Below are positions 58,749-64,000 of a stretch of 64,000 bases of DNA, piece by piece (within the stretch, counting starts at the first letter, position 1; every line of letters starts with the position of its first letter). The stretch spans positions 19,096,001-19,160,000 of the forward strand of contig JBHGNT010000007.1 in NCBI GenBank assembly GCA_043228905.1, written 5' to 3'. The stretch is from Azolla caroliniana. Lineage: Eukaryota; Plantae; Polypodiophyta. The position numbers and the translations under genes were made by a program. A model generated the notes under the pieces. That model had not been told where the DNA came from, made no database searches, and saw only the letters and a program-made list of their open reading frames with translations.

Positions 58749-61700
58749 TGTTACCAATTAGGAACACGGTCTACGGTCAGTCCTTCAACCTAGACCTCAG
58801 ATATGCACAAGAATCAAATAAGATAGTACTCTACTAAGATAACACTCTATGCACCCAAATTTACACACTACCTCTTACAGAGGATTTCTGCCCTTTATAT
58901 ACACAGGATCTTTTAGTTGTTCATGCTTCCCGCATGAACCGTTACATGCGTTGCGTTTTTACTATATTCTATATTTCTGCGCTCCTATCCGTCGGTTACT
59001 ATTCCGGCGGACAACACCTGTCACGCATGTGGGACAATGCCATGGCACGTCGGACCCACCCCTTCAATCTTCCTCCAAAATGGCCCGGATGTTTGGTTCC
59101 ACCCCGGTGTCCAGGTCCGGGGATGGTGTAGTGTCCGTAGGCGCGTCATTGCGTGGTTCTAGTACTTGCTCGATAGGGCTTTCCATGGTGTCGTTGGCTT
59201 CCTGTGTGGGCGGTCTGGGCTCCGCTAGCTCGTCCTGTTCTACTATGGTTGGCTCAACCGTCGGCGGGCTCTCGGTAGGTCGAGGGTTTGTCTCGTTCGT
59301 AACTTCCTCCGTGGTGTCGGTCGTAGTCGTATGCTCCGATGAATGGGGTTGAGGCTCCTCCTGATCAACAGTCTCACTTTCTGCTATCGTAGGGGGCTCT
59401 GCTTGTTGTTCCGTGCTGCCCACCATATTAGAAGGTTGGTTTCTGCACTGTGTAGAAAACCTTCTATTTTCTTCTTTTTGTGGCCTAGGGTTCATTGGTC
59501 GGTGAGCCATCGTGGTGCCGCGTGTTCTTGGCCTAGAAGTTTGTGCATGCCTTAAGTCCTTTTAATAACGTCACTATCTTCTCTTTCTTTTTTTTCTTTT
59601 TCTTTTTCTTTTCCTTTTGTAACGGTTACATACAATATTATTTTTACACTATAGTACAAGTAGGGCCCTATACTTACTCCACGGATTGCCCGGCTTTGGC
59701 CTATCCGGTGGGGAATGGGTTAGGTGGCATAGGTCCCAGGTAAGGTTTAAGGCGAAACCCATTCACCTTTTGTCGTAACACTTCCCCGTCCAAAGTGCCA
59801 AGTTGAAACATGCCTTGTTCCGCTCCCACTATCCAGTACGGGCCTGTCTAGCGGAATCTTAATTTTCCTGGCATTTGCCCCATGCGTGTTTGAAAAACTA
59901 ATACCGCTTTCCCAACCGTAAAATCCTTTTCACGTGCATGTCGATGCCGGTCCACGAATGCTTTGCGCCACCGTTGTTCCTGCTCCAATATGGCCATACT
60001 GCGTAACCTTGTTTCGCCTAGTTCTAGCATTTGTTGTAGTCGTATTTGTTCAGATTTGCCCTCTGGCAGCCGGGCTCGTACTTGAATCCGCAAACTGGGT
60101 ATCTGGAATTCGACATGCACCATGGCCTAGCCCAAATGTTAGCCTGAAAGGCGTGGATTGTATGCTAGTCTTATAGCTGGTTCGATAAGCCCATAACGCG
60201 TTGTGCAATTTGGTATCCCAATCTGTTCTGTTCTCATTGACTATCGTTTTGAGGATAGTTTGTAATGTTTTGTTCGTGGATTCGGCCAAGCCATTTGCTT
60301 GTGGGTAATACGGCATACTCTTTTTGTGAACCATAATGTAGTGTTGGGTCAGCTCGCTGATGACTGTATTCAGAAAGTGACTCCCTTGGTCACGAATGAG
60401 CTTGATAGGGCAATTGAAACGACACCAGATATGTTCGTAAAGGAATTTCGTCGTGACTATCGCGGTATTTTCGCATAGTGGTTTCACTTCTACCCACTTG
60501 GTGCAGTAATCCATAGCCACCAGGATATACTTATTACCTGTTCGAGCAGCTGCCGGGGTAAAGGGTCCCACAGAATCTAGCCCCCACATTTGGAAAGGAT
60601 CCAATGGCAACACCGGTTGATGTGGCATTCTTGCGACCTCCGTGAGCTGGCCCAGTCGTTGGAATAAATCGCATTGTTTGCAATATTCATACGCATCCTT
60701 TTGTGTAGTCGGCCACCAAAGTCCTGCTTGCCAGATTTTCCGGGCCGTAACATCACCCACGTAATGTCCTCCCGCTGTACCACAATGGGCTTCTCGTAAA
60801 ACTGCAACCTTATGATCCTGTCGTATTCCGCGCCTCTAGATGTTGTCATTGCCTTTGTCATATAGGATGTCTTCAACTAAACAGAAATTACGACTCCGTA
60901 CGACCAGCCGTTTTTTCTCGTCCGTCCTTAATTGGGGTGGCGGTAACCCCGTGGTTAGAAAGTAGGTCATTTCAATCAACCACCGATCCGGAAAAGTCTT
61001 TTCTGTTCTTTCTGCTAAAGTTGCTATACACAGAATGTCCGCATCCGGAAAGTCGTCGTCATCTTTTTGCGCCATTTCTCCATTATCTAGTCTGCTCAAG
61101 AAATCCGCCACCACGTGTTGCATCCCCGGTCGGTGCTGAATTACATAGTCGAATTCTTGGAGCAACAACATCCATCTTGCCAATTTTCCCATCAGTGCCT
61201 GTTTCCCCACCAGATATAGCAATGTCGTATGATCCACAAGAAACATGAATTTCCGCCCTACCAAATAGTGCCGGAATTTATTGATGTTGTATATCATACC
61301 CAACACTTCACGTTCCGTTGTGGAATAGTTACGCTCAGCCATTGATAGTTTTTGACTAGTGTAGTACACTGGTCAGTACCAATTCGGTTCCGTGAGCTAC
61401 ATTAACGCACTACCTATTGCTATATCCAAGGCATCCACGAACATGTGAAATGGTTTTGCCCAAACTGGTGGCCGTACGACTGGTGCCTGCGTTAGCATTA
61501 TTTTTAGCGCATCATACGCCTTCTCTTCCGTTGTTGTCCATTTGAAAGGAGTACGGTGAACGGCAGCATGTAATGGTGTGGCGAAATCCGCCAAATAGCG
61601 TATCATCCGGCTGTGCCATCATATTTATCCCAGAAACCAGTTGAGTGCTTTCGCATTTGTCAATGTTTTTGCATGAGTAATCGCGGAGATTTTGTTCGGA

Positions 61701-64000
61701 TCGACTGTTATCCCTTCCTTACTGACTAGGTGGCCGAGGAGAGCTCTGTTGGTGACGACGAAGGCACATTTGGTGGGATTTAGGCTTAAGCGTGCAATTC
61801 GGCAATGCTCCAGGCAAAGCTGTAGATGCGTAAAATGTTCGGTTGTTGTCCCATATACCGCAAAATTGTCTAAAAAGACATGCATGAAGGCAAGTATATA
61901 TTCCCCAAAAATCTCCGTGATTGTCCGTTGAAATGTAGTCGGCGCCGTCTTTAGCCCGAACATCATGACGACCGCGACATAGACTCCTCAGTCCGTGACA
62001 AATGTCGTCTTCTCTTGGTTGTCAGGGTGGATGCATACTTGATTGTACCAACTGAAGCCATCTAGAAAGTTGTACATGTCATGCCCTGCGACGGCATCCA
62101 GTACGTTATTGGTGAAAGGTAAAGGGAACGCGTCTGTAATGGTTACGGCATTCAATTTCCGGTAGTCCACGCACACACGTATTTTGCCATTTTTCTTTAG
62201 TACGACTACTATCGGGCTTAGCCATGTGGCTTGTTTGATTGGTCGAATGAATCCGGCCGTGAGGAGTTTGTCAATTTCCGCTTTTACGCGAGCCGCATAA
62301 TTTGGGTTCATGCGGTATCGACGCGGCTGGACCGGTTTCGCGCCGGTCACTAAATTGATCTTATGTTGGTAGAACTTCAGATCTAATCCCTTCATGTCCT
62401 CGTGGGACCAAGCGAACACATCTTTATACTTCCTGAGTACTGCAATCATTGCGTCTCTCTGATCCGGCAGTAATTCTTTTGCGATGGAGAAGAATCGGGG
62501 GTCTGACGTTGTACCCATGTTCACTTCTTTTAGGGCTAAGGTAGCGACTCGTCGTGAAATTTCCATTTCCCTCTCAAACATCGCCCGTGCTCTGCTTAAC
62601 TCTAATATTGACTCTGGGTCTGGTTCGTAAGCCTCGTCGTGGAGCGTAGTGGGCGTGGCGTATTCCGCCGCGGTTTCTATGATGTCGATTTCGAATAGCA
62701 GAATGATCCGGGGGTGCTCATCGAGGTATACTTCTAATTCGGTATCATCCACCCCAACCATCATATTTATATCTTCCACGTATAACGGTGTTATGCCCTT
62801 GGGTTGTGCCGCCATTTCCTCTATTGGCACGCGAACCTTGGTGCGTCCACGTCGAAAGCTGATGCACTTATGTTGCTAGCTCTGTTTGATATTCGTTGAA
62901 CGAAGCCACGGTCTGCCAAGTAGCATAGGATACGCTCCTGGGGCGTCGAGGGCAAGGACTGCCATCGAGACGTTGAAGTTATGTCCGCCAACAATAATGC
63001 CTAACTTGCGTATTAAGCCTAAAGGCCGTACTAAGCGGGTATCCACCATGTGAAGCCAAAATGGGCAAGCTTCCCATTTTGAAATTCCCAATTGTTCACA
63101 TCCTGTGATTTCCTGACCATGTAATATCAACTTAATAGCCGGATTATGGTGATCCACCACCACTGGTCCGGCGTTGGTGTCCGTAAAGTTGGCAAAGACG
63201 CTTACCCCAAGTTTGCCTGTTATGCGACCCTCCACGGCCTGGCTTCCCATTCTAAAATTCCCAATTGTTCGCATGTCTTCGCGCTAATTACATTGACGCC
63301 AGAGCCGTCGTCAATTACGCATCCTGTGATTTCCTAACCGTGTAATATCAACTTAATAGCCGGATTATGGTGATCCACCACCATTGGTCCGGCGCTAGTG
63401 TCCGTAAAGTTGGCGGAGACGCTTACCCTAGGTCTACCTGTTATGCGACCCTCCACGGCCTAGCGGAACTGTGGGACTAGTTGAAGTAGCTTCTCCATGG
63501 TCGGTGTTATCTCGCAGCCTGCCAGTGCTTGCCATATGGGATCCGGAGATATCACATTTTCCTCCAATGGCCCCAAATTGTTCGCGGACTCCTGCCGCAT
63601 GCATTCCGTATTTGTCGCATTCGCATTTTCGACCCATGCTTGGGCCGTCTGACGAATCTCATCTTGCGCGGCCCAATCAACATTTTTTGTTTGTTGTCTT
63701 GTCGTGACTTGCTGAACTTCTGCCATAATCGTATTGACGGCGGGCCCCTTGCCCTTGCATAGTGGACATTGTGTGGCATAATGTTTGGGTTGTTGGCAAA
63801 CGAAACAATGGACGCTAGATTTGCCTTTCTTGGCAGCTGGTGGCGTGTTCTAATCCCCAAGTGTGACTTGCTCCTCCCAGTCTTGGTTCGTTCTTCTGAG
63901 CGTTCACGGTGGTTGTTGTTGGTCCCGGTGCAGCTCTTGTTGCCGGTCATCATCCGAACTTTCGTCGTACTGCCGTTGGTCCCAATACTGACGATGTTTC
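58749..64000 (-). mobile_element. Ty3/gypsy non-chromovirus-type element, defective, running off the window; 3' LTR about 58749-59047
   Basis: Domain order: knuckle CFVCQQPKHYATQC, protease IDDGSGVNV...LLGRPWL (221-bp duplication at 63099-63461), RT VCVDYRKLN and FLDNF, RNase H NYSTTEREVL, integrase WGLD...YYPQANGLAE...WTGPY. Several stops and frameshifts. Confidence 0.95.
59064..59510 (-). CDS. Extra 148-aa acidic Pro/Thr-rich ORF between pol and the 3' LTR
   Basis: Open ATG-initiated frame on the element's sense strand, with its stop codon at the PPT. Expression is unknown. Confidence 0.4.
   Translation of the reverse strand: MAHRPMNPRPQKEENRRFSTQCRNQPSNMVGSTEQQAEPPTIAESETVDQEEPQPHSSEHTTTTDTTEEVTNETNPRPTESPPTVEPTIVEQDELAEPRPPTQEANDTMESPIEQVLEPRNDAPTDTTPSPDLDTGVEPNIRAILEED

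Overview
Land-plant nuclear DNA. The PLS-PPR style and TE families suggest a fern or other seed-free plant, but that is inference. There are three host genes: an intronless Ser-rich membrane-protein ORF (3010-5025 +), an intronless PLS-class PPR ORF ending in a truncated E region (6029-8842 -), and a 6-exon PLP-dependent class-V aminotransferase/cysteine-desulfurase-like gene (50330-54203 +) whose intron-3 acceptor appears mutated. About 10.9-46.6 kb and 54.5-64 kb are nested, mostly dead transposons. These include RTE-like and L1 LINEs, several Ty1/copia elements, tRNA-Trp-primed gag-only LTR elements, a hAT element with TIRs and an 8-bp TSD, and Ty3/gypsy elements. The strongest second-look signals are: an LTR carrying three tRNA-like Pol III A/B-box cassettes; a tRNA-headed SINE sharing its 3' tail with a LINE in the same window; a pol-less LTR element built from codon-multiple minisatellites; a hairpin over the PPT/LTR junction conserved in two copia copies; four tiny MAA- uORFs; and tandem decayed copies of the PPR start region. 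Coordinates were read by eye, so boundaries without TSD support are approximate. No database search was run.
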